In this document: positions 1 to 9,588 of the stretch, piece by piece
Layout of the letters: every line of letters starts with the position of its first letter
How positions within the stretch are numbered: the first letter of the stretch is position 1
Origin: a virus
DNA: 64,000 nt
Reading direction: 5' to 3' (one strand)
Virus record (IMG/VR): IMGVR_UViG_3300005826_000037
Coordinates: 49,645 to 113,644 of that record
Notes under the pieces: generated by a model
What the model was told of the DNA's origin: nothing
What the model saw: the letters and a program-made list of their open reading frames with translations, nothing else
The model's database searches: none
Translations under genes and position numbers: made by a program

Positions 1-840
1 CTTATTTATAAGAGACTGGAAACTATCGAATAATACAGGATCATTTAAGTTAGTAGTTGGAATATATGAAGCAGTCAATGTATCATTAGATACAAGAACA
101 CCACTATCAACTATGATTGTAAAACCATCACCCTCTCTAAATGGAGTTACTGACGAACCGCCGCTCTTTGTTTCATAAATTGCAAAACTCAATACACCAT
201 TAGAAACTGCAGTTCCATTTGCGGTCCAAATTATTGGATTTCCATTTGAATCAACCTTTGCCCCAGAAATCGATCCAAAAGCGATGAATTTTGCAGTATT
301 TTCTATTGGCAATCCTAACGCACTCCTCTGAACAGAAACACATCTAATTGTCCATGTTTCTGGAGGAGCATTAGTATCAACAAGGGATAAAGAAGCTAAA
401 TAACCATCACCAACATTTGTAGAAACTGGAGTATAATAAGCGCCACCTTGATCTCTCAAATGACCCCTTTGCAACTCTATTCTACCAGTAGTAATATCAA
501 CTCTGTAATCATATCTACTACTGAATGCGTTGCTATCTATGGTTGCTTCCAATCCTGTAAGCAAAACTCCATTTTTATACAATGAGGTTCTAGCAGAAAC
601 AACTGGATATGAGGACAATTGGAAATGTCTTCCATCTGCCCCTGTAGTTGAAGTGTATGCAGAGTTAAATCCATCAACCCCTCCTCCAACTGCTTGGGCA
701 ACAATGGTTTCGTCTGCCGAACCCTCACCCATAATTGCTGCTATACGAGTACCACCAGGAATTGATACTCCCCTGGATTGTGTTACTATATCTGTAAAAA
801 CTCCTGGTAGGACATTTGTTGCGCCTGGGATGTTTGCCAT
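1..840 (-). CDS. Tail sheath-like protein, N-terminal part (gene runs off the left edge; missing from the ORF track)
   Basis: ATG at 840 with upstream AAGGA; frame open to base 1: MANIPGATNVLPGVFTDIVTQSRGVSIPGGTRIAAIMGEG... The PGV...AAIxG start is typical of contractile sheath proteins, and it follows a tail-terminator-like gene. Confidence 0.75.
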   Translation of the reverse strand, partial: MANIPGATNVLPGVFTDIVTQSRGVSIPGGTRIAAIMGEGSADETIVAQAVGGGVDGFNSAYTSTTGADGRHFQLSSYPVVSARTSLYKNGVLLTGLEATIDSNAFSSRYDYRVDITTGRIELQRGHLRDQGGAYYTPVSTNVGDGYLASLSLVDTNAPPETWTIRCVSVQRSALGLPIENTAKFIAFGSISGAKVDSNGNPIIWTANGTAVSNGVLSFAIYETKSGGSSVTPFREGDGFTIIVDSGVLVSNDTLTASYIPTTNLNDPVLFDSFQSLINK

Positions 841-989
841 ATTAGAATCCTTATCACTCAGTTACATGTAGCTTCTATCACTAAAATGTATTAATATTCG
901 TATTTGGTACGATATATTAACATATTTTGTTTTTGACTTACTATTATTAAGTTGCCATCCATGAAACTAACCTAAAAACCATTATTAAT

Positions 990-1814
990 TTATGAGTTTA
1001 GTAGTATATCTAAAACACTAAGTTCTGTATTTATAGTTAAGTTTTGAGGGGCTGGAACTTCTGGTCTCGATATATCATCAAAAGAAACAGAAAAGAAAAT
1101 AGCATCTATTAAATTACCTATTGGAACTTCTCTTCTCCATTCTGTCCTTATATCTAATGTGATACTTTGCCTAAACAACTTATCATTTCTATCATCAGTT
1201 TCTGATGGTGCACCTATATTAGGTGGTTTAATTAACAAACCTACATCATATAATGAGTCAACTGTTATTTCAGAAAAACACATTCCAACTAATTGTGCTA
1301 AATCATCTCTTGCTCTTAAACTTCTAGAAAAAATATCTATTACTATAGAGCCTTCCCAAGCTCCAGCTGTAACAAAACTAACTGGTCTTGTTATAATTGA
1401 CTCATTACCATAACCATCTTCATATATTATTGTTTCGTTTCTTACTGTTCCCTTTTGTCTATTTATAGAAATTGGTACATATCTACTACCTCCACTTTTA
1501 ACTAAAATAGCGGGATAAAATATTCCATCATATCTATAATTCTCTCCTATATAAACTCTTGTACTCAGAAGATCTGATTCTTCTGCAGTAGAACCAAAAG
1601 CTCCTACTGGAAGGTCTGCTCCAAGAGGTATATCTGTATGATCAGTCGTATTAGGAAATCCCCACTGATCTTTTGAAAAATGATAATAACTGTCTTTTGA
1701 GAAAATATCTCTTAGAGTTGAAATTATAATCTCTTTTGGATACACAAGCATTGATGCTTGAATAATGTTATGTATCTCATATAAATCTGATTTAAAGACG
1801 TTATTTGTTGACAT
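990..1814 (-). CDS. Putative tail terminator / tail completion protein
   Basis: 274 aa; YPAILV...SIVIDIFSRSLRARDDLAQLV pattern; directly upstream of the sheath gene; 1 DGY. Confidence 0.55.
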   Translation of the reverse strand: MSTNNVFKSDLYEIHNIIQASMLVYPKEIIISTLRDIFSKDSYYHFSKDQWGFPNTTDHTDIPLGADLPVGAFGSTAEESDLLSTRVYIGENYRYDGIFYPAILVKSGGSRYVPISINRQKGTVRNETIIYEDGYGNESIITRPVSFVTAGAWEGSIVIDIFSRSLRARDDLAQLVGMCFSEITVDSLYDVGLLIKPPNIGAPSETDDRNDKLFRQSITLDIRTEWRREVPIGNLIDAIFFSVSFDDISRPEVPAPQNLTINTELSVLDILLNS

Positions 1815-1817
1815 TTA

Positions 1818-2804
1818 TTACCACCTGAAAGTCACATCAACATAATAAAAATCTGCATGTGCAGTAATAGTTGAAATTTCAGCCGTAAACTCAAGTGACA
1901 ATTTTATAGCTGAAGTTGCGGTGTTATGCTGATTATTAACTACCGTAGATGAAGGAGTTAAAACAGTACTATAATCTGTGTTCGAATTAGGATAATCCAC
2001 CACAACAATTTTATAAGAACCATTAGCATACAAAGCCATTTGCATGAAATATGCGGTTTTTGTTCCTGAATAAGTATTACATCCATGCGATGCAGTTGCA
2101 TTAATTAAACGTGTTCCATATGGCATTATACTTGACAAATTATAAAGTATACCAAAAGTAGTGTTATTAACTGTTGTAAAATCTATCAAAACATTTGAAA
2201 AATATCCATCATTATTATAAGCAATCACATTGGTGGTCGCTCCTGCTTGCGATATATGTATATTATCTCTATTATAGATCATACCATCTTCAATAAGTAG
2301 ACGTATTACTTCTGTCTGATTAATATTTCTATCAACAGTCCATTGAGATGAAACTCCCATAGTACCATTAATATTCAAATCAACTGTTTCAGTACTACTA
2401 CCATTAGTATAATAATTATCAAAATAATTGTTTGTTATAATACCGTTGCAACTATTTTCTAATCCGACTCCGGCAGGATAATTGTCCAAGAATTTAAAAC
2501 CAACATAATTGCCAATACTAACAACATCTCTATAAAGAAAATTATTGGTAACATTAAAATCTTCCCCATTACTTAACAATATTAGTACAATATCTTCTAC
2601 ATCAACTGTTGGTGTCGTTGTAGGGGTTGTTGTTTTGAAAATGTTATTTGTAATAACTGCAGAATTCCTAACCCATATTCCACCGTGCTGATACGCATAA
2701 ACCGTACCTTCAGTCGTACCATCATAAAAATTGCTAGATGTTATCATATTACCAGATATGATACATGAAGCACTTCCACCAATATTTACAGTTCCAGCAG
2801 GCAT
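1818..2804 (-). CDS. Beta-helix (pectin lyase-like) virion protein
   Basis: Repeating IxxN/ITNN strands; own AGGAG RBS before the ATG; 1 DGY. Confidence 0.55.
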   Translation of the reverse strand: MPAGTVNIGGSASCIISGNMITSSNFYDGTTEGTVYAYQHGGIWVRNSAVITNNIFKTTTPTTTPTVDVEDIVLILLSNGEDFNVTNNFLYRDVVSIGNYVGFKFLDNYPAGVGLENSCNGIITNNYFDNYYTNGSSTETVDLNINGTMGVSSQWTVDRNINQTEVIRLLIEDGMIYNRDNIHISQAGATTNVIAYNNDGYFSNVLIDFTTVNNTTFGILYNLSSIMPYGTRLINATASHGCNTYSGTKTAYFMQMALYANGSYKIVVVDYPNSNTDYSTVLTPSSTVVNNQHNTATSAIKLSLEFTAEISTITAHADFYYVDVTFRW

Positions 2805-2814
2805 TTATACTCCT

Positions 2815-5800
2815 TTATGTAGTGAACGTATAATCATCATATACCAATCCATCAACATGAACCGCATAGTAAGTTTTTTCATCAAAACTAGTACCAGTAC
2901 TATATGGGCTAATATATGCCAAAGATGTTGCAGATAATGTGTTGTTAATAATATGTATTGTTCCCTTTTTAGGCTCTTTTCTAACAAACTTAGACCCTAT
3001 ATAATCTGCAACTGATACTATTATCCAGGACGCTCTATTACCATCAATTACTACATATGAAGAAGTATATGCACAAGTATTAATTTGTTTAGCCTGAACA
3101 GATGAATACTCAGCAATTGAATATGCTAAACCTTTATAGTCAAGATTTGTAATTACATTACATGTGTTTCTAGAAATTGTTAACCCAAATTCTTTGTTGT
3201 TATCTCTTGTAATATTTGGAGATTCATTAATTATTCTTCTTCCTTCACCAATCCAATAACCAATTGCACCACAAATATTATCTTTGATTACACAATTTTG
3301 TGCAGCAAGATATGTCGGATACATAGCTTTTACATTGTTAGCAGTAGTATATGTTGTTGATGTCAAAACTATCATCTGATTTCTATCACATACATTTCTT
3401 GAAATCTCAAAATTTCTAATAGTAGGTGGTGTTTGCTCAGATATAGATGTGCTATTATTTATAACAGCTATTGCTGCTCTAAAATCATCAACAGTTCCTG
3501 AAGACTCTATATTATTAAACTTACAATTTGTTATTTTAACATTCTCTACTAAATCACCATTATCTAAATTAAAGTTTATAAATGTCAATCTGTTATCTGT
3601 ACTAATAAATGCATTTCCAAACTTAAACTCAGTATTATTTATTTCTATATTATACGCCTCTGTATTTGTAAAATACATAAATCCATTACCATTATTTATC
3701 AAATCATCAACATCATAGCTTATCTCTAAACCAGGAACATAAGTATTTTCAATATAACAATTTTTAACTAACATATCGTGAAAATAACTATTTTCTACTG
3801 AAATTGCTCTTCTAAAATTGCCACTAATTGAGCTTTCACTAAATACAAGATAGCTACTATTACCATAAAACTCATTAGTTATATAGAAAACATCACCAGG
3901 TCTATATGAACCATTATTAAAATTAACAGTAACATCACTGTTAATAAAACTGAAATTACTAATATCATCAAGATTAAATACTCTGCCACCTTCACTCGTT
4001 GGGCTTCCATAGGTTGCAGTTATACTACAGTTTTTAAAAGTTATATTGTTAGAAGATAATAACTGAGCCAATATATTATCAGTTGGCGTTGTTGATGGAT
4101 AAAAATAAATTGTACAATTTTCAAAAACTACATTGTTACTTAAAAATATTCCAAGTAGCTTCTCAAATGTAATTGTCATATTTCTTATCACAATATCATT
4201 GCCTGAGATAACTAAATTTTCACTAAAAGTTAATGATGATGTATTTCGACCATCAATATTTGCGCTATCTAATGTAATTGGTTTAGTTATTGTTTCTGCA
4301 ACTTCATTTATGATAATATTGTTATTGTGAGAACCACCATACTTTAACCAATTGAAAATTGATTCCACACTGTAAAAATTACCTTGTTTTGAATTATTGT
4401 TCAAAATAATTGTATCATTAGATTCATTATCATTTACAAATTTTCTAACATCATTCAATACAAGAGAAATACTAGAGCCGCTAACAGTAGATGAAACTAT
4501 ATAAAGAGGCGTCAAATCTTTTCTATTATTAACAAGATCAGAAAAAGTTATTGCTTCAATATAATATGAGGAAGTCGTTGCTGGATTATAAGCATTGAAG
4601 TTTCTATTTCCACTTGGAGTACTCAATATCGAATCATAATCAAGTGATGGAATTGCTTGAAAATCTCCCGAATTGCTTACACAAAGAATCCAATTTATAT
4701 TGTATAGTGTTGAGAAATAAATCTCTTTAATGATCGGTATAGATACCGTCTCATTATTCATATAGATTATTTTTCCGCCAACTAATGCAGAACCTCCAGA
4801 AAGATAGATCTGACCACTATTTGGATTAGATATAGGAGTCACATCTTGTGCATCAAATCCTTTAAAAACACCATTCTGATGAAGTAGCTTATCCGGAAGA
4901 GAAATATAATCTAAAGCTGATGTACTAAGTTCATCTTCACTAACATTTCCAAATTGTCTCTTATCAGTTACATAATTAATATAATTAGTTTCAGTATTAT
5001 ACTGACAACTAGCCACCATCATAATTTCTTTATCAGCACTAAGACTTGGAAATAATTGTATATCTACAACTTCTTCTGTTATGTTTGAAAAAGAACCATC
5101 CACAGGGAATAATACATCTATATAATCTACATTCGTCTCATCATAAAACCTTAGAACTTGACCAAGTCTTCCAGTTGTTGTAGGACCAATATGTGTTAAA
5201 TTAGTCCCATCATAAGACGCAAGATAACCATCAATCAAACCACTAGAAGAAACCAAACTATCTATATATAAAGATATCTTTGTTATCGAACTAAATTGAT
5301 ACCCTCTTAATTTGGGAGATATACCAATTAATTCCATTTTGCTTAATTCAACTGTCGTTAATCTTAATGGTATAGAATTTACTGTAATGTCACCAGTTCC
5401 ATTTGTAAATCTTCCACGTTCATGAGCAAATGTCTTTGCTTCCTCATCAACGTAAATTTCCAGATATCTCTTGAATGGGGATGCAGTAGTATAATCAGAC
5501 ATATTTTCAGAATTTACAGGCACTGAACCTGAATTGAAATAAATCCTAAAATGACCGCTACTTGCGCTTGTGTATGGTGAGGAACCTGTTCCATGTACAG
5601 CATCATATACAGTAACATCTGTGTAACAATCAACTCCACATTCTGTAAATACAACACTAGATACTACAAAACGTCCATAGTCTATATAATTAATAGTAGG
5701 AGACATCGGTTGAACCACAACAGTTGAACCTGGTCTAATATTAACTGATGATAATATATTATCTAAAATACGATATGTTGTACTTACTTTACCATTTGGT

Positions 5801-7698
5801 GCGGGAGTTTCAGATCTTGCAACGATATAACCATCCCAATAACCAAATCCATATCCATCTTGTGTCTGTCCTGACTCAAGAGTTAATTTATCTCTTTCAG
5901 TTCCATTAACATAGAAATTATTTCTATCAAGAGGAACATAGAGTTTTGTTGGATATAGTGCTTGAGCTGAAGAAGAATAACTTACAGAGTATGCAGGGCT
6001 AGATATTCCACCATTTAATGGTCCAAGACCAAGAGGATCTACTGGCTCTAATGTTCCACTTCCAAACAAACCAATTACATTATTAGGGTATGCATAATTA
6101 GTTTCTGACTCATCATAATCTCCAGCTGCATCAACTGCACCATCAAGCACTGAAAATGCAGCATTACTATATGGATCAGCAAGGGCGATACCAAATTCAC
6201 CTTGATATGAGAATGCTATAAATCTGTAGTTATATCCTGCTTTTCTAAAAGTATCATTAATTGTCTGCACAACAGTATCTAATGTATACTTTCCGGGAGT
6301 AACACCAAGGTTTCCTGTAACGTCTATTTCAGGCAAAACTACATATCCATCATCAGCATTTCCAGTAGGATATAATGCTAAATACAAAAGATAATGTGAA
6401 GAATCAATTAAATCTGCATTAAATCCGACACCAAGAGCCATTGCACCTGTTGGATTTGTAACTATTAAGCTTGCAGGTAATGATATCTCATCATTGTTTG
6501 CTGATGCTACAGCCAAAACCCCATATTTATTGTTATTATACAATGGTCTTTCAACCTTAGCATATCCATCAGTTGTGTAATATAGATTATTACTACTAAT
6601 TCTTACAAAAAATCTACTAGGAGTTCCTGGAATATACTTCTTCTCTTTGATAAGGAAAGGAATCTCAACTGTACCATAATTGATCCTTATTATATCTCCA
6701 ACCTTTGCTAAAGCAAATTGTGAGTCAAATAAGAAGCTTGATGTAGCAGATGAATTTGGAGTGAATTCTATAATGTCATCACCATATTCGATATTATCAA
6801 CAGGAGAGCTACTAGAACCATTATTTCTAAGATGTGTAGTAACTTGAGTTGATGGAACAATAGTTTGCCCACGTGCATCTGCAGTAAGAACTGCGGATCT
6901 AGAAGCTCTAGAAACACCATTAGAATACAGATTCTGAATTCTTGTTCCGTATAAAAAGATGCTAGCATCATCAAGGTGTTGGGCAAATAATTGCAAATCA
7001 TTTACTGTTTGTGGTATTACAGAAAATCTAGTTGTATCAAGGTAAATACCAGAAGATGTGTGAGCATAATCAGCAGGGTAAGTACCGCCATTATTTGTAG
7101 TTATTGAGATTGAAGACGTACCAGACCCATCAGACCATTGGTGATTGAGAACTTCAGAGTTCAATTCATTCAATGCTGTGTATGAGTCTGTATTATCTCT
7201 GTATGTTCTGTATCTACTAAGGAAATAATCTGTTGCACTTTCACTGACACTAATTCCACTAAGTGGATGCTTATAAGTTATACCAAGAATATGTGGTTCT
7301 AACTTTATTCCTGTTAAAGATATCCATGAAATAGAAGTATTTATATCACCAGCAAGATCTCTAGTATAATTAAATAAATCAGCAGTTTTATAATCAAGAG
7401 ATAATTTAGATTCAGGAATTCCTGCATTGTTCGCTATTTGTGGGTTTGTAATTGGTAGAGTAACTAAACCTAAACTTGTTAATGCAGATGGTTTTATATA
7501 TCCATCTGCTCCAATAGAAATCCCAAGCCTATTGGCAAGAGTACCTGCGCTTCCAGATAAACCCAATCCAAACTCAGCTTGCATATTAAATATGGCTTCG
7601 CGACATCCATTTATAGCTTCATCACCAATTTCAGTTATATTATTGTTAACTGGAGGAAGTGTTGTGTCATCATCATAATCGTTAGGGTAGTTACTCAT
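2815..7698 (-). CDS. Large (1627 aa) virion structural protein with C-terminal parallel beta-helix (fibre/spike or baseplate associated)
   Basis: Ser/Thr/Asn-rich; C-terminal repeats NVVFENCTI, NITFKNCSI, VKITNCKF; 6 DGY. Confidence 0.6.
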   Translation of the reverse strand: MSNYPNDYDDDTTLPPVNNNITEIGDEAINGCREAIFNMQAEFGLGLSGSAGTLANRLGISIGADGYIKPSALTSLGLVTLPITNPQIANNAGIPESKLSLDYKTADLFNYTRDLAGDINTSISWISLTGIKLEPHILGITYKHPLSGISVSESATDYFLSRYRTYRDNTDSYTALNELNSEVLNHQWSDGSGTSSISITTNNGGTYPADYAHTSSGIYLDTTRFSVIPQTVNDLQLFAQHLDDASIFLYGTRIQNLYSNGVSRASRSAVLTADARGQTIVPSTQVTTHLRNNGSSSSPVDNIEYGDDIIEFTPNSSATSSFLFDSQFALAKVGDIIRINYGTVEIPFLIKEKKYIPGTPSRFFVRISSNNLYYTTDGYAKVERPLYNNNKYGVLAVASANNDEISLPASLIVTNPTGAMALGVGFNADLIDSSHYLLYLALYPTGNADDGYVVLPEIDVTGNLGVTPGKYTLDTVVQTINDTFRKAGYNYRFIAFSYQGEFGIALADPYSNAAFSVLDGAVDAAGDYDESETNYAYPNNVIGLFGSGTLEPVDPLGLGPLNGGISSPAYSVSYSSSAQALYPTKLYVPLDRNNFYVNGTERDKLTLESGQTQDGYGFGYWDGYIVARSETPAPNGKVSTTYRILDNILSSVNIRPGSTVVVQPMSPTINYIDYGRFVVSSVVFTECGVDCYTDVTVYDAVHGTGSSPYTSASSGHFRIYFNSGSVPVNSENMSDYTTASPFKRYLEIYVDEEAKTFAHERGRFTNGTGDITVNSIPLRLTTVELSKMELIGISPKLRGYQFSSITKISLYIDSLVSSSGLIDGYLASYDGTNLTHIGPTTTGRLGQVLRFYDETNVDYIDVLFPVDGSFSNITEEVVDIQLFPSLSADKEIMMVASCQYNTETNYINYVTDKRQFGNVSEDELSTSALDYISLPDKLLHQNGVFKGFDAQDVTPISNPNSGQIYLSGGSALVGGKIIYMNNETVSIPIIKEIYFSTLYNINWILCVSNSGDFQAIPSLDYDSILSTPSGNRNFNAYNPATTSSYYIEAITFSDLVNNRKDLTPLYIVSSTVSGSSISLVLNDVRKFVNDNESNDTIILNNNSKQGNFYSVESIFNWLKYGGSHNNNIIINEVAETITKPITLDSANIDGRNTSSLTFSENLVISGNDIVIRNMTITFEKLLGIFLSNNVVFENCTIYFYPSTTPTDNILAQLLSSNNITFKNCSITATYGSPTSEGGRVFNLDDISNFSFINSDVTVNFNNGSYRPGDVFYITNEFYGNSSYLVFSESSISGNFRRAISVENSYFHDMLVKNCYIENTYVPGLEISYDVDDLINNGNGFMYFTNTEAYNIEINNTEFKFGNAFISTDNRLTFINFNLDNGDLVENVKITNCKFNNIESSGTVDDFRAAIAVINNSTSISEQTPPTIRNFEISRNVCDRNQMIVLTSTTYTTANNVKAMYPTYLAAQNCVIKDNICGAIGYWIGEGRRIINESPNITRDNNKEFGLTISRNTCNVITNLDYKGLAYSIAEYSSVQAKQINTCAYTSSYVVIDGNRASWIIVSVADYIGSKFVRKEPKKGTIHIINNTLSATSLAYISPYSTGTSFDEKTYYAVHVDGLVYDDYTFTT

Positions 7699-7735
7699 AT
7701 CTCACCATTTCTCTTTTCAATTATATATAACTGAA

Positions 7736-8098
7736 TTATTCTTCGCTTATTTTGCCTTTTGTGAGTGATGCAATTTTATCTCCAATTGCTGCTTTAACCC
7801 ATCTCCATACAAATCCAGCCAAAAGACCTGCACATAAACCAAAAGCCAATCTACCACTAGCAGATGAAATCTCTAATGGATAAGGATATTGTTTAGCAAA
7901 AAACGCTCCTAATAGACCTAATACTACTGGTAAAATAGGTAGAATTAAATTTGCCCATAAGTGATTTTCTTTTGGTGACATATTATACTTTTGTAATACA
8001 TAATCTACAACATTTCTTACTACAAAAGTTACTGCTGACACAGCGATACAAAACAAAACAAACTGCCAACTAAAAAGGGCTTCCAATGCACTGTCCAT
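7736..8098 (-). CDS. Holin-like membrane protein (3 TM segments, basic C-terminus)
   Basis: 120 aa with three hydrophobic helices; AAGGAG RBS. Confidence 0.55.
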   Translation of the reverse strand: MDSALEALFSWQFVLFCIAVSAVTFVVRNVVDYVLQKYNMSPKENHLWANLILPILPVVLGLLGAFFAKQYPYPLEISSASGRLAFGLCAGLLAGFVWRWVKAAIGDKIASLTKGKISEE

Positions 8099-8134
8099 GA
8101 TTTTCTCCTTACGAGTTATGCAAAAGAATTGATA

Positions 8135-9577
8135 TTAAGCTACTTTAACTAAATCCATTTTAACATGAATGTTCCAGTATGAGGTAATACCACCAGTGGT
8201 ATTATATGAGGTCCTAATAACAATATCATTACCTGTAAGATTATATATAGGAGCGGCACTCCAAGTACCACCAGTAGATGAATGAACTGTAGTTATACCA
8301 GTTTGAGTTACAGAGCCTGTTATCCTATTTGTAGCAAGAATTTGTTTTTTCTGATAACAATTTCCATTACTACCAACACCAACTGCAGTAATTTCAATCA
8401 ATGCAGCAGAATATTGAGGCATTGTTATTGTCAAAACATCTACCGTCGCCGTAGTTGCTGTAGCATTTACCTGATATCCATCTCCAGGATTATCAAGATT
8501 GTCTCCTACTTTATAAGAATCGGCAAGTGCCTCTGATACTCCTAATGAATAATCATTATTATCAGTTTGTACTACACGAAGTTTTCCAGCAGTTGAATAT
8601 AATATAGAACCTGTATAATTTGGACCCCTTGTAGGTGTTGGTGATGAATTGCCAATATAAATAATTTTACTACCAGTATTTTCAGGTAATCTACTAGTAA
8701 GTGTCGTTGTGTCTGAACAAAATGCAACTACTTTTCTACTACCAATTTCTCCAATTGACTGAATTTCTTCTACAAATAATAAAATATCACTACTATTATT
8801 TGCCTGTGTACCAATCCAAACTCCTCCATGCAATTCAGAAGAAGAATACCCTCCTCCCAAATATAACCTTCCTCCTTTATCAACCGTAGAACCTTGAGCC
8901 CTAAGTTTTAAACCATTTCCAACTCCTGTTGTTCTAGAACTATAAAATCCAATATTATAACTATCTAAAATACTACCTTCAAATAATATATTTGAACAAT
9001 TTACAGTCAACACTGAATCTCCATCACCAGTTACACTGACAATTTCTATATTATTTGATGTTCCGCTTACATCTCCACCAACTACTAAATTTCCAGGAAC
9101 CCATTGACTTCCACTCCAATATAAAACATTATTTGTCGATGGAGAAGAACTACTAATAGCATTTCCTCTAAGTTTAATTACAGATACAGAATTATAAGAT
9201 CCACTAATATCACCCCCCAAAGAAACAGGTCCCCAACCAGAACCGTTATATCCTAATATCTGACCAGATGTAGGAGATGAAGATAATACCGGTGTTGCCT
9301 GTAATCTTGAGACTAATGGAGAAGAATAAGTTCCTCCCAAATCTCCTGTCAATTTTATTCCACCAGTTACTGATGCTGTTGCATTAGGGAATACTCCAGG
9401 AATATAACCAGAAATAGCTGTAAGTGCCGATTGTATATCTGTATATGGAGTTCCATCAATTGTTACAGAACAAGCAATTGCTCCGCCCAAATGTTGATAT
9501 GCGTATCCATCAACATGATTTTGAAAATCATATCGACTAGTTGCTAATTGCCCAATTCCCGGTCTATAATTTCCCAT
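8135..9577 (-). CDS. Tail fibre / whisker-like protein with GD(L/I/V)xG..W.P repeats
   Basis: Repeats GDLGGT..GQILGYNGSGWGP, GGDISGS..NNVLYWSGSQWVP, GGDVSGT; 2 DGY. Confidence 0.6.
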   Translation of the reverse strand: MGNYRPGIGQLATSRYDFQNHVDGYAYQHLGGAIACSVTIDGTPYTDIQSALTAISGYIPGVFPNATASVTGGIKLTGDLGGTYSSPLVSRLQATPVLSSSPTSGQILGYNGSGWGPVSLGGDISGSYNSVSVIKLRGNAISSSSPSTNNVLYWSGSQWVPGNLVVGGDVSGTSNNIEIVSVTGDGDSVLTVNCSNILFEGSILDSYNIGFYSSRTTGVGNGLKLRAQGSTVDKGGRLYLGGGYSSSELHGGVWIGTQANNSSDILLFVEEIQSIGEIGSRKVVAFCSDTTTLTSRLPENTGSKIIYIGNSSPTPTRGPNYTGSILYSTAGKLRVVQTDNNDYSLGVSEALADSYKVGDNLDNPGDGYQVNATATTATVDVLTITMPQYSAALIEITAVGVGSNGNCYQKKQILATNRITGSVTQTGITTVHSSTGGTWSAAPIYNLTGNDIVIRTSYNTTGGITSYWNIHVKMDLVKVA

Positions 9578-9588
9578 TATTTTATTCC

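Noticed and set aside
1818-2830. Programmed frameshift or readthrough joining the 1627-aa and 328-aa beta-helix genes
   Set aside because: The downstream gene has its own AGGAG RBS with good spacing, and no slippery sequence is evident.
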